A stretch of DNA of 64,000 bases from an uncultured Candidatus Saccharibacteria bacterium (GCA_964416765.1 CAYQEU010000001.1:475168-539167), one strand, 5' to 3'; positions 47,435-56,908 are shown, numbered from the stretch's first letter. Numbers and translations are program-made. Notes: generated by a model not told the origin, from the letters alone.

Positions 47435-48880
47435 TTAGAAGCCAACCTGGGTCTGGCGGCCGAACAGGACCAAACGGCGCGCGGAGGTATCCACCGGCCA
47501 GCAGGTAGACAATGCTACGCGCGGGTCAGGGGTCTGCAGGAACTGGGCCTGGTCATTAGCTTGGTATTCCTTGCGGCCATCAACCACATAGTGAATGGTG
47601 GCTTTGCGTCCGTCTTTGACGGTAACTGTAATGGTGAAAGAAGTGCCGTCTTTGATGTTACCCAAACCGCGGAATACGTTCTTGTATGGGTTCTTGTCCC
47701 AGACGTATCCGCTGGAGTGTCCGGAGATATACGCGGTTCCAGCTTGGCTTGGCAAAGCCGTACCTGGGTAATGGACTACGCCCTTGTGCAAATCAGCGTC
47801 GAAGTTCTTGGTGTCCGAAGTAAAGATGATTGGAACCGAAATCTTGTAGCCCGGAATGTCCAAATGTCCCGGCTGGCTTTCGTCAATGTCCAGACTCATA
47901 AGCGAGTCGCTACCGGTGGCGCCGGCGGCTGAACGCGGAACAGTAGTGGAAGCGCCGGCAACCTGGCCACTGGCGGTAGTACCGCTGCCATCCACAAACG
48001 AATAGTTGCCCGGGTTCTGGTATCCCCCGCTGCCTGGCGCAGTCAACGCGTTGGCGATCCCGCCCTGGCTAAGCTTCAGGCTTCCGGCCGCCAAGCGGTC
48101 GGAAATAATCTGGCGGTCGAGGTAATTATCAACAATAGCTTTCTGGTTGTCAGTCAAAGCTTTGCCGGTCCATGGGTTTACCCCATTCAGGATAGTCTGG
48201 CCGTCAGGCTGACCAAGACCGAGAGTGTCATACGCTTTCGGGTTGAGGTTAAACAGGAACTTTTCAAAGTTGGTCAAACCGTTGCCGGAAAGGTCATTGT
48301 CCATGTCGATAACGGAAGCGTCGCTCACGTCATAAAAGAACTGCTGGATCCAGGTGGCGTAAGCGGCCGCCTGCTGCTTCTTCAGGTCAGCCATGCGCTG
48401 GTTGTTTTTTGACTGGCTTGCAACCTGGTTGCTGGAGGAGTTGCTCAAAAAGTTGGCAACGGAAAAGCTTGAGAAAAAGTATTGATAGATAAACAAGCCG
48501 ACCAAAAACACAGCGACATACGGTACCACGGATTTCGCGATCCGGAACGCACGGGCTTTCGGGTTCTTTTCGTTTTCCAACTCGATGGGCTGGTGCGGCG
48601 CTTCTTCGTCAGTTTCTTCAGAATGACCAGAAGGCATGGGTTCGGGAGCGGCAAAATTATCCGGGCGGGTCTGGCGCGCGGCCGCGGCCATGTCTTCCGC
48701 GCTTGGCGGTTCATCAGCCACATGAGTAGAAATAGCGTCAATAACAGGCAGGTTGGAAGGACCCGGCTCATGATGGGTTACCTGAGAGCTTTCCATGGTA
48801 GATTCAGACATATTCAACATCGCCGCTACTTCAGCAGTGGTGTCAGGAAAGGTCGGTTTTTCGGGATTGATATTAGGCAT
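47435..48880 (-). CDS. Sortase-family transpeptidase with long acidic/Pro-rich cytoplasmic N-terminus and one TM anchor
   Basis: C-terminal catalytic domain: YISGHSSGY (His), ALSTCWP (TLxTC Cys), RRLVLFG (Arg); TM VVPYVAVFLVGLFIYQYFF. Confidence 0.75.
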   Translation of the reverse strand: MPNINPEKPTFPDTTAEVAAMLNMSESTMESSQVTHHEPGPSNLPVIDAISTHVADEPPSAEDMAAAARQTRPDNFAAPEPMPSGHSEETDEEAPHQPIELENEKNPKARAFRIAKSVVPYVAVFLVGLFIYQYFFSSFSVANFLSNSSSNQVASQSKNNQRMADLKKQQAAAYATWIQQFFYDVSDASVIDMDNDLSGNGLTNFEKFLFNLNPKAYDTLGLGQPDGQTILNGVNPWTGKALTDNQKAIVDNYLDRQIISDRLAAGSLKLSQGGIANALTAPGSGGYQNPGNYSFVDGSGTTASGQVAGASTTVPRSAAGATGSDSLMSLDIDESQPGHLDIPGYKISVPIIFTSDTKNFDADLHKGVVHYPGTALPSQAGTAYISGHSSGYVWDKNPYKNVFRGLGNIKDGTSFTITVTVKDGRKATIHYVVDGRKEYQANDQAQFLQTPDPRVALSTCWPVDTSARRLVLFGRQTQVGF

Positions 48881-48911
48881 ATATTTGGCGTCACTTTTAT
48901 GATGACTTCAC

Positions 48912-48920
48912 ATATTAGCA
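48912..48920 (-). promoter_or_regulatory. Extended -10 element TGCTAATAT upstream of sortase gene
   Basis: Forward atattagca ~31 nt upstream of start. Confidence 0.35.
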
Positions 48921-49017
48921 CAAAAAGGACTTTTTGTCAAGTCCCTCCCTAAAAGCCCCATTATCTAGGTTTTAATCATTGCTTACACTAAAAAACGGCT
49001 TATTCATGGCCTCTACT

Positions 49018-49046
49018 TAAAAAACGGCTTATTTGGCCGTTTTGTT
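49018..49046 (-). terminator. Rho-independent terminator after NUDIX gene (preceded by a degenerate second copy of the same motif)
   Basis: aaaacggcc-loop-gccgtttttt on minus strand; second partial copy taaaaaacggcttatt at 48988-49011. Confidence 0.5.
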
Positions 49047-49049
49047 TCC

Positions 49050-49514
49050 CTATTTGCCGATTTCAATCTCGTTCCAATGCTTTTCCAGCATTTCACGCTG
49101 TTCGGCAATAATATTATCCGGCAATTCCTGGAAAACCCTTACTTCGGCGGCATTGTCATCCGGCCGCAGTTCCCCGGATACATAATCACAAAGAAAGGCC
49201 ATGCTAACCGAGTAGCCAAACCCGCGCTCTTGTTCTTCGCTAAAGAATTCCATGTAATCCAAAAACTTTACCGGTTTTACCTGAAGGCCGACTTCGTGCA
49301 GGGCGGTGCGAGCGATGGCGTCATCAATTTTTTCCCGGTACAGAACCATGCTGCCTGGAGTGTGCCATTGGTTAGTCCAGGTGGGCAGAGTTCGCAAAGA
49401 CAAAACAATCCCGTTGTCTTTGCGGATGACAAGGTCGACGCACAGGCGCGGAACCTGCGAATATATTTCTTCAAATTTTTCCGGCGGCAAAGGCCGGGAT
49501 GAGGAAGTGTCCAT
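49050..49514 (-). CDS. NUDIX hydrolase, GDP-mannose mannosyl hydrolase-like (start at Met44 of ORF-track ORF to avoid overlap with rmlA)
   Basis: LVIRKDNGIVLSLRTLPTWTNQWHTPGSMVLYREKIDDAIARTALHEVGL resembles Gmm/NudD NUDIX region; 7-nt gap after rmlA stop. Confidence 0.6.
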   Translation of the reverse strand: MDTSSSRPLPPEKFEEIYSQVPRLCVDLVIRKDNGIVLSLRTLPTWTNQWHTPGSMVLYREKIDDAIARTALHEVGLQVKPVKFLDYMEFFSEEQERGFGYSVSMAFLCDYVSGELRPDDNAAEVRVFQELPDNIIAEQREMLEKHWNEIEIGK

Positions 49515-49521
49515 GGCGAAG

Positions 49522-50289
49522 TTATTTGCCAAAAAGCGAGAGTCCGCCGAAAGTGGATTCATTTTTATGCGCCATGTCGCGCGCCCAGGAGTTGGCCTGG
49601 AAGTAAGCTTCAATGGTCCCGGCGTCAATCCACGCGCCTTCAAGGTGTTCGGCGCGGAGCTGTCCCCGTTCGCGGTACCAGTTGTTCAAGTCAGTAATTT
49701 CCAGTTCGCCGCGCGCTGACGGTTTGAGTGATTTGGCGGCTTCGACTACCTGCTTGTCATAGATGTAAATTCCCGGTTGCGCGTAGGGTGATTTTGGCTC
49801 TTTGGGTTTCTCTATAATATCCAAAACGTTGTTGTCTTTATCAAGCACCACGTTGCCGAGACGCGTCAGGTCTTCCTTAGGCACTTTTTTTACGAATATG
49901 GTGGCGCCGGACTTGAAATTGCTGATAGCCGGAGTAATATCATCTTCAAAAATGTTGTCCCCCAGGATCATGGTCACGTCATCGCCGTCATCAAGGAAGT
50001 TTTCCGCCACGATGAACGCGTGGGCAAGCCCTTCCGGCTTGTCCTGGATTTCGTAAGTAAAGCGAACGCCCGCGCCGAAGTCGCGTCCGGAACCGAGCAC
50101 GCGCATGTAATCCCCGCAATGGTCCGGGGCAACAATGATCAAGATTTCCTTAACGCCCGCGCGGATTAACTTTTCCAGCGGGTAGTAGATCATTGGCTTG
50201 TCGTAAATCGGCAACAGCTGTTTAGAAGTGACTTTAGTGAGCGGGTAGAGCCGGGTACCGGCCCCGCCGGATAGAATGATGCCTTTCAT
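49522..50289 (-). CDS. rmlA: Glucose-1-phosphate thymidylyltransferase-like sugar nucleotidyltransferase (short form)
   Basis: MKGIILSGGAGTRLYPLTKVTSKQLLPIYDKPMIYYPL signature; operon with rmlBCD. Confidence 0.85.
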   Translation of the reverse strand: MKGIILSGGAGTRLYPLTKVTSKQLLPIYDKPMIYYPLEKLIRAGVKEILIIVAPDHCGDYMRVLGSGRDFGAGVRFTYEIQDKPEGLAHAFIVAENFLDDGDDVTMILGDNIFEDDITPAISNFKSGATIFVKKVPKEDLTRLGNVVLDKDNNVLDIIEKPKEPKSPYAQPGIYIYDKQVVEAAKSLKPSARGELEITDLNNWYRERGQLRAEHLEGAWIDAGTIEAYFQANSWARDMAHKNESTFGGLSLFGK

Positions 50290-51206
50290 TATTTGGGAAG
50301 GTTAGCTAAATATTCTTGGAGGGCTTCCTGCCAGGAGCGAAGCGCGGGCAACTTTGTGTTGTTAAGAATTACGCGCGCCGGGCGTTTGGCCGGGCGTGGG
50401 AATTCCGTCCCGGGCACTGGAAGCAAAGTGATGTTTTGGCCGTCGGGAGTGGTGTCAGCGCCCTCCGCCGGAGCCTTGATGCTGATAGTGTAACCGAGCT
50501 CCTTAAACAGTTCGGTAGCCAAACCATACCAGCTAGCATACCCTGAATTAACAATATGGTAAATACCTGTTTCCTTGCCCCCGGTTAACAGCTCTTTGGT
50601 GGCGCGGGCCAGGTCAGGAGCGTAGGTGATGCTGTAGGTTTCGTCATTCACTACTTTTATAACGTTGGTTTTTTTCGCGACGTTAATCATGATGTCCACG
50701 AACGCCGGTTTGCTGGCCTCGCTCGCCCCTTTCGGACCGAACAACACATTGGTGCGGATCAGATAATAGTGGGCCCCGGAGTTGATGACCGCCTGCTCCC
50801 CCGCCGCCTTGCTTTCGGCGTACACGGAAAGGGGGCCGGTTTGGTCGTCTTCATCGTAAGAATCATTTTGCCCGTCAAAAACAAAACCGGTGCTGTAATG
50901 CGCTAGGGTTACGTCCAACTCCTTGCAGAGTTCGCCCAGTTTCTCGGGAACTTCCGCGTTCAGCTTCATGGCAAGGTCGCGGTTGGTTTCAGCGCCGTCA
51001 ACGTCGTTGTAGGCGACGCAGTTTAGCACAGCGGATAAATTCGGAATGGCTGAGAGTTTGGCGCGGACTGCCGCGTAATCAGTTACGTCGAGCTCGGCGC
51101 GGTCGAGCAGCAGCGCGTTGGGGAACACAATACCAAGCTGCTGCCCCAGCGTGCCGGCGGCTCCCAGAACTACGACGCCGTCTCCATTGTCAGGAATTGG
51201 TTTCAT
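50289..51206 (-). CDS. rmlD: dTDP-4-dehydrorhamnose reductase
   Basis: VVLGAAGTLGQQL Rossmann, RmlD-length, operon context. Confidence 0.8.
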   Translation of the reverse strand: MKPIPDNGDGVVVLGAAGTLGQQLGIVFPNALLLDRAELDVTDYAAVRAKLSAIPNLSAVLNCVAYNDVDGAETNRDLAMKLNAEVPEKLGELCKELDVTLAHYSTGFVFDGQNDSYDEDDQTGPLSVYAESKAAGEQAVINSGAHYYLIRTNVLFGPKGASEASKPAFVDIMINVAKKTNVIKVVNDETYSITYAPDLARATKELLTGGKETGIYHIVNSGYASWYGLATELFKELGYTISIKAPAEGADTTPDGQNITLLPVPGTEFPRPAKRPARVILNNTKLPALRSWQEALQEYLANLPK

Positions 51207-51764
51207 CTATTTAAATTTATCGGGAAAAGTCTCTCGGAGGGTGGCGGCAGTTTGGTCTCGCTCGGAAACCACGGGTTCGGAAACTTCCCACTTAATGTTC
51301 AAATCAGGGTCATTGTAGCGAACGGTAAATTCCTTGCCTGGCGCCCAATACTCGGTGGTCAGGTAAGTGTAATCAACTTCGTCTGAAAGCACGGCAAAGG
51401 AATTGCCGATGCCGGAGGGAATGAACACCGCAACGCGATTGGAGTCGCCGATGGTAAGAGTGATATGACGACCAAAAGCTTCGGAGTCCGGACGCATGTC
51501 CGCCAGCACTGCTTGGACATCTCCGCGGGTCACGTTAATGAGCTTGTGCCATGGCGCGGCGTGGATTCCCCGTAAAGTGTTTTTAACGGAGCGGGAGTGG
51601 TTGGCCTGCACAAAATCTATGGAGTAGCCGGCGCGGGCTTCAAGATCCGCTTTCCGGAACGCTTCACGGAAAAATCCCCGGTCATCCGGGAAAGTAGGCC
51701 GCTCGATAATGAATAGCCCTTTCAGTTCAGTTTCCTTTATAAAATCCTGTTGGTCAGTGCCCAT
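51207..51764 (-). CDS. rmlC: dTDP-4-dehydrorhamnose 3,5-epimerase
   Basis: DDRGFFREAF, RGIHAAPWHKLINVTRGDV, cupin-fold RmlC motifs. Confidence 0.9.
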   Translation of the reverse strand: MGTDQQDFIKETELKGLFIIERPTFPDDRGFFREAFRKADLEARAGYSIDFVQANHSRSVKNTLRGIHAAPWHKLINVTRGDVQAVLADMRPDSEAFGRHITLTIGDSNRVAVFIPSGIGNSFAVLSDEVDYTYLTTEYWAPGKEFTVRYNDPDLNIKWEVSEPVVSERDQTAATLRETFPDKFK

Positions 51765-51766
51765 GT

Positions 51767-52780
51767 TTATTCTTTAATGATGGCTTCGCCCTTTTGTTGG
51801 TAAAACTCTTCGCTGTCCTTGGCGGATTGTTCCCACCACTGCCGGTTATTTTGGTACCATTCAATGGTTTCTTTTAGTCCTTGTTCAAAATCGTGTTCCG
51901 GGTGCCAGCCAAGCTCGCGGTTTATCTTGGTCCAGTCAATGTCGTATTTTTGGTCGTGGCCGGGACGGTCGGTAATCATTTCGAGACGGTCTTCCGGCAA
52001 TCCCATGAGCGCGATTATTTTTTGCGCCACCTCTTTATTGGTAATCCCTTCGGTCATTCCGCCGACGCAATATGTCTGGCCAATCTCCCCTTTTTGAAGA
52101 ATGTCGTCAATGGCGCGGCAGTGGTCGCGCACAAACAGCCAATCACGCATTTGGTTGCCAGGGGCGTACAAACGAATGTTGTCGCCGTTGATCAGCCTAA
52201 TTATAGAGCGGGAGATAAATTTTTCCGGGTGCAGGTACGGGCCGTAGTTGTTACTGCAATTGCTTATGGTAACCGGCAAGCCGTAGGTGCGGTGGTAAGC
52301 GCGGACCAAATGGTCGCTTCCCGCTTTGCTGGCGGAATACGGACTGCTCGGGTCATACGCGGTGTCTTCGGTGAACTTGTCTTTTTCATCCAGCTCCAAA
52401 GCGCCAAACACTTCATCGGTTGAAACATGGTGGAAGCGCTTGATGCCGAGTTGGCGCGCTGTTTCCAAAAGCACGTGAGTGCCCATCACGTTGGTGCGGG
52501 TAAATACGTATGGGTCGGTAATACTACGATCGACGTGGGTTTCGGCGGCGAAGTGCACCACCGTGTCACACTCTTCCATGGCTTTGCGTACGGTATCTTC
52601 GTCAGCGATGTCGCCCTCGATGAAAGAATGGTTGGGAGCGAGCGGCTCAAAGTTTGCCCGGTTTCCCGCGTAGGTGAGTTTGTCCAAAATGATGACTTCG
52701 TCTTCGGGGTGGATTTCCGCCCAGTATCTTACAAAGTTAGAGCCAATAAAGCCGGCAGCGCCGGTCACAAGTAATTTCAT
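51767..52780 (-). CDS. rmlB: dTDP-glucose 4,6-dehydratase
   Basis: MKLLVTGAAGFIGSNFVRYW, YSASKAGSDHLVRAY (YxxxK); 337 aa. Confidence 0.9.
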   Translation of the reverse strand: MKLLVTGAAGFIGSNFVRYWAEIHPEDEVIILDKLTYAGNRANFEPLAPNHSFIEGDIADEDTVRKAMEECDTVVHFAAETHVDRSITDPYVFTRTNVMGTHVLLETARQLGIKRFHHVSTDEVFGALELDEKDKFTEDTAYDPSSPYSASKAGSDHLVRAYHRTYGLPVTISNCSNNYGPYLHPEKFISRSIIRLINGDNIRLYAPGNQMRDWLFVRDHCRAIDDILQKGEIGQTYCVGGMTEGITNKEVAQKIIALMGLPEDRLEMITDRPGHDQKYDIDWTKINRELGWHPEHDFEQGLKETIEWYQNNRQWWEQSAKDSEEFYQQKGEAIIKE

Positions 52781-52786
52781 ACGGTA

Positions 52787-52795
52787 ATTATACCA
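52787..52795 (-). promoter_or_regulatory. Extended -10 element TGGTATAAT only ~7 nt upstream of rmlB ATG (leaderless-type arrangement)
   Basis: Forward attatacca at 52787-52795, start codon ends at 52780. Confidence 0.4.
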
Positions 52796-52898
52796 AAAAA
52801 GTCTGGCTTTGAGGAAACGCTGATTTGTGTCATTTAAGGTAATGATTGGTTCTTTTTATTCTTGTTTACGGCATCTTTTTCGGCTATTATGAGAGCAT

Positions 52899-53897
52899 AT
52901 GCCCCGAGTAACCCTTATCCAAGTCGTATATAACAGCCGCAAATTCATTGAACCGGTATTTACCGCGGCATTAAACCAGACTTATAAAGACACCGAGTTT
53001 GTCGCCGTGATTGCCGCCAATGATGATGGGGGTAAAGAATTAATTGCTGAAAAATTCCCGCAGGTAAAAATTATTGACCCGGGCTATAACATTGGTTTCT
53101 CCCGGGGCCACAACGAATATTTTGCCCAGAGCGAATCCGAATTCTTCCAACTGGTGAACCCTGATTTAATTATGGAGCCAACTTACGTGGAGGAAATGCT
53201 GAAGGCTTTTGCCGACCCTCAAGTGGGGGCTGCTACAGGAAAACTCCTGCGTTATGATTTTGAAAACAATAAGCCTCTGAATATTATTGATACCACGGGG
53301 GTCGTGTATACCAAATCCGGGCGCGGGCGTGACCGGGGCCAGCATGAAATCGACCAGGGCCAATACGATAACCAGACCACGGTAATCGCGGTTTCCGGGG
53401 CCGGCCCGATGTACCGCAAAGCAGCTCTGGAAGACGTAAAATTCAAGCGTGAAGACGGCCGGTTTGAGTATTTTGATGAAGAGTTCCACTCCTATTGGGA
53501 AGATGTAGACCTCGGCATGCGGTTAACAAACGCCGGATGGAAGTGCTTATACGTGCCGAAGGCTGTTGCCTACCACGGCCGCGCCGCGGGGTCTTCGCCC
53601 GGCGGGTATAAGAAAGTTTTATCTTTTATCCGGTTCCATAGTAAAATAAACCCACGGGTAAGACGGCTAAATTATAAAAACCATATATTCCTGTTCCTCA
53701 AAAACGCCCCCTACCTGTACCCCCAGTTTTTCATCCGGGAGTTCTTCTATAACATTTACACCTTGATTTTTGAAACTTCGACGCTCAAGGTGCTCCCCGA
53801 ATTATTTCGCCAACTCCCCCACATGTGGCGAAAACGGAAGATTATCGCCAAGAACCGCAAGATCCCGGCCAGCGAAATGACTAAATTATTCTCCTAA
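52899..53897 (+). CDS. Glycosyltransferase family 2 (rhamnosyltransferase-like)
   Basis: VTLIQVVYNSRKFIEP..., DPD/DxD region NPDLIMEP, GT2-A fold length. Confidence 0.75.
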   Translation: MPRVTLIQVVYNSRKFIEPVFTAALNQTYKDTEFVAVIAANDDGGKELIAEKFPQVKIIDPGYNIGFSRGHNEYFAQSESEFFQLVNPDLIMEPTYVEEMLKAFADPQVGAATGKLLRYDFENNKPLNIIDTTGVVYTKSGRGRDRGQHEIDQGQYDNQTTVIAVSGAGPMYRKAALEDVKFKREDGRFEYFDEEFHSYWEDVDLGMRLTNAGWKCLYVPKAVAYHGRAAGSSPGGYKKVLSFIRFHSKINPRVRRLNYKNHIFLFLKNAPYLYPQFFIREFFYNIYTLIFETSTLKVLPELFRQLPHMWRKRKIIAKNRKIPASEMTKLFS

Positions 53898-53899
53898 CC

Positions 53900-54802
53900 A
53901 TGGACAAACACATCGACCTCTCTATTATCATAGTTCCCTACCGTTCCCGCGAAGAAATGATTGTCACGCTGGACGCTGTTTATGCATCCAAAACCCAGTA
54001 TTCCTACGAAGTCATAATCGTGGATAATGATTCGCGCGACGGCACCGTGGAAATGATACGGGAACATTACCTCTCTCGCCCGGAACTGGCGGAAAAAACC
54101 GTTTTAATAGAAAACGCCAATGAGGGATTTGGCAAAGGAAATAATAAAGGGATGGCCATGGCCAAGGGCGATTATATTCTGCTCCTGAACCCCGATACCA
54201 AAGTGGCCGAAGACAACTTCCAGGTCATGATTGATTTCATGAAGGCTCACCCAAACATCGGCATGTCTTCCTGCAAGCTCATTAAAGCCAATGGTGAAAT
54301 CGACTGGGCCTCACGGCGCAGCGAACCAAACCCCAAAGTGGCGTTCTACCGCTTGAGCGGCCTGCAGTATTTATTCCCCAAAAAGTTTGGCGCTTACAAT
54401 GTTCTGGACAAGCACGTCGATGAGGAAACCCAGGTTGACTGTATTGTCGGAGCATACATGATGATTTCCCGCGAATGCTACCGGCGCGTCGGCGGTTTTG
54501 ACGAAGACTTCTTTATGTATGGCGAGGACGTTGACTTGTGTTTTCGGGTCCGCCAGGCAGGCTATAAAATCTGGTATTACCCAAAAACCTATTCCTACCA
54601 CTTTAAGGGCCAGTCTTCCAAGAAAGCTTCCAAGTTTTCCCTGTACCACTTCCATAACGCCATGTGGATCTACTTTGAAAAGCACTACCGCCACAAGACG
54701 AACGCCATAATGTCAGCGTGCATTTATCTCGGCATTTGGGGACGCTACTACCTGAAACTTGTGATCAACCACTTTAAAACCGACAAAGCAATCAGCAAAT
54801 AA
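53900..54802 (+). CDS. Glycosyltransferase family 2
   Basis: LSIIIVPYRSREEMI..., VDNDSRDGT, LLNPDT motifs. Confidence 0.8.
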   Translation: MDKHIDLSIIIVPYRSREEMIVTLDAVYASKTQYSYEVIIVDNDSRDGTVEMIREHYLSRPELAEKTVLIENANEGFGKGNNKGMAMAKGDYILLLNPDTKVAEDNFQVMIDFMKAHPNIGMSSCKLIKANGEIDWASRRSEPNPKVAFYRLSGLQYLFPKKFGAYNVLDKHVDEETQVDCIVGAYMMISRECYRRVGGFDEDFFMYGEDVDLCFRVRQAGYKIWYYPKTYSYHFKGQSSKKASKFSLYHFHNAMWIYFEKHYRHKTNAIMSACIYLGIWGRYYLKLVINHFKTDKAISK

Positions 54803-54832
54803 AAAAGACCCGCGTTACGCGGGTCTTTAAAT
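54801..54832. terminator. Bidirectional rho-independent terminator between GT2 gene and rplU
   Basis: agacccgcg-ttac-gcgggtct hairpin with A-run before and T-rich after. Confidence 0.7.
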
Positions 54833-54836
54833 TTCT

Positions 54837-55142
54837 TTAAATCTTGGTAATTTCTACTTCAGTGTAGCTTTGGCGGTGGCCCTGGGTGCGGCGGTACTTG
54901 CTTTTGGCTTTGTACTTCAAGATTACTACCTTTTTGGCGCGACCCTGTTTTAGCACTTTAGCTTCCACAGCGGCGCCATCTAGAAATGGCTTGCCGAGAT
55001 TGTACTTTGTGCCATCAAAAGTGGCCAAAACTTTATCAAAGGTGATTTTTGCGTCCTTTTCGCCGGACAACTTTTCAACCTGGATTTTGTCTCCCTTGGA
55101 AACCATGTACTGTTTTCCGCCGGACTGGATGATTGCGAGCAT
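54837..55142 (-). CDS. rplU: 50S ribosomal protein L21 (no adjacent rpmA)
   Basis: MLAIIQSGGKQYMVSKGDKIQVEKL...RQGRAKKVVILKYKAKSKYRRTQGHRQ. Confidence 0.9.
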   Translation of the reverse strand: MLAIIQSGGKQYMVSKGDKIQVEKLSGEKDAKITFDKVLATFDGTKYNLGKPFLDGAAVEAKVLKQGRAKKVVILKYKAKSKYRRTQGHRQSYTEVEITKI

Positions 55143-55254
55143 TCTATAAAGTTAAATAATACTGGCTAATTTTAACAAAAAGCGCGTTAAAAGTCAATAA
55201 AAGCGCTTTCCTGGTGGGAGAACGCTTCTATTAGTTGGGAAAGATGTGAAAATG

Positions 55255-55731
55255 TTATTTTCGACGGGCTTTTTTGACGTAGTATTGGATACTGCGTCCG
55301 GTTGAGTCCTTCATCCGGTCAAACCGAATGTGGCTAAAACTTCTCTGTTCGACCTTGCGAATTGCGTCGCAAGCTTTCCAGTTTTGCCGCTGTGCCGCCA
55401 GCAGCGCCGGGGTTTGCTTCCTCTTATTCCGTTCTATCACCAGCTGGGGCATCTTGTTGATGATGTGACGGATTGAATCCGGGTTGCCGACTTGCGCCGC
55501 GAAGTGCAAAAAAGTGTTCCTCGTTTGCCTGTCCACGACTGTCAGGTCAATTGGGCTGTCTTCAACCCATGCTTCGACCATTTCGGCATTGCCGTGGAGT
55601 ATCTCGTCTAATAGAGCGTACTCCTTTTCTCCGACCGGGTCTTGTTTCTTACCCGGATGAACCAACTCAATGACTTGTTTGGTTGGGACCGCCTTGACTT
55701 TGTGCAGTGCACTAGCACTCTTGCTGCTCAT
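55255..55731 (-). CDS. Ankyrin-repeat-like protein
   Basis: Two ANK-like units NTFLHFAAQVGNPDSIRHIINKM and QTPALLAAQRQNWKACDAI. Confidence 0.4.
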   Translation of the reverse strand: MSSKSASALHKVKAVPTKQVIELVHPGKKQDPVGEKEYALLDEILHGNAEMVEAWVEDSPIDLTVVDRQTRNTFLHFAAQVGNPDSIRHIINKMPQLVIERNKRKQTPALLAAQRQNWKACDAIRKVEQRSFSHIRFDRMKDSTGRSIQYYVKKARRK

Positions 55732-55836
55732 CTTTCTGTGTATGTCCTCCTAAGTTGAAATACCTTGCGGTATAAAAATAATCCCGTGGGAGAAATTTCC
55801 TAAGGGATTATGGCATATTTATTGAATTATTTCAAG

Positions 55837-56907
55837 CTATTCGGTGTCGGTGTAATTGGACTTTTGCTTTTTGCGGTACATGGAAACCACGGTAACACCA
55901 AGGCCTACCATGACCGTAAACAGGATTAACAGCGCTACAAGCTTACCAAAGCTCTGCAAATAAACTGCGGCCAGCCCAAACAAAGCTGAAATCGCGTACA
56001 AAATTAAAACAGTTTGGCGCTGGGAGAAGCCGAGGTCTAGCAAACGAAAATGCAAATGGAGCCGATCGCCAATGAAAGGGCTTTTGCGACTCAGCAAACG
56101 CTGGGCAATCACCCACGCCACGTCCAAAATGGGAATTCCCATAACCAACAGCGCGGTTGCGATTTTCCCACCCAATATTATAGACAGCGCGCCGAGAATA
56201 AAACCCGTTAGCGTACTGCCACCCTCACCAAAAAATATGGTGGCAGGATGAAAACTGTAAACAAGGTAGCCCAGCAGTGCACCACAAAACATTATGCTAA
56301 GCGTCGCCGTCATTGGTTGGTTAACGGTTGGTCCGAGCGACAATAGAAACAAAGCAAAACTGGCGATACAGGAAATTCCCGCGGTCAGGCCATCGATGCC
56401 GTCCAAAAACTTGGTGGTGAACATCATGCCAACCATCCAAAACCAAACGAAAATTGCTGAGGCCGGAATGGTAAGAATTTTGAATGCCAGTGAAAACGGC
56501 GCGCCAAACGGGTTACTGATAAACGTAATACCCACGCCAATACCGGCCCACACCACAACCAGTGCCGCCAGCGCGGGGAAAATCCACAAAATTTTCGGCG
56601 ATAAGTCATAGCGGTCATCGAGATACCCACCGACCATAAGAACTGCCGCTCCACCGATTATAGCCAAAAAGAACTTCAATGGAATGACATGGAAATCAGG
56701 AGAGCCAAACTTTAAATATACTAACAGCGCTCCAACAAAAGCTATGAACAAAGCCAACCCGCCGAGTTTTGGGATTGGCCCTGAATGCAAGTTGCGGGGA
56801 GGGCGGGGCAGGTCGATGCACTTGAGCCACACGGCCAAACGCCTCACCCATGGGGTGGCGATCAGGGCAATTACTAGAGCTAAACCGAAATAGGCTAAAT
56901 AAATCAT
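55837..56907 (-). CDS. UDP-GlcNAc:undecaprenyl-phosphate sugar-1-phosphate transferase (WecA/MraY family)
   Basis: 10-11 TM helices; GGYLDDRYDLSPK (DDxxD), GLAALFIA... typical Glycos_transf_4. Confidence 0.8.
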   Translation of the reverse strand: MIYLAYFGLALVIALIATPWVRRLAVWLKCIDLPRPPRNLHSGPIPKLGGLALFIAFVGALLVYLKFGSPDFHVIPLKFFLAIIGGAAVLMVGGYLDDRYDLSPKILWIFPALAALVVVWAGIGVGITFISNPFGAPFSLAFKILTIPASAIFVWFWMVGMMFTTKFLDGIDGLTAGISCIASFALFLLSLGPTVNQPMTATLSIMFCGALLGYLVYSFHPATIFFGEGGSTLTGFILGALSIILGGKIATALLVMGIPILDVAWVIAQRLLSRKSPFIGDRLHLHFRLLDLGFSQRQTVLILYAISALFGLAAVYLQSFGKLVALLILFTVMVGLGVTVVSMYRKKQKSNYTDTE

Positions 56908-56908
56908 G

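Noticed and set aside
49515-49643. N-terminal 43 codons of ORF-track ORF 49050-49643
   Set aside because: They would overlap the last 40 codons of rmlA. Met44 gives a NUDIX-sized protein starting 7 nt after the rmlA stop
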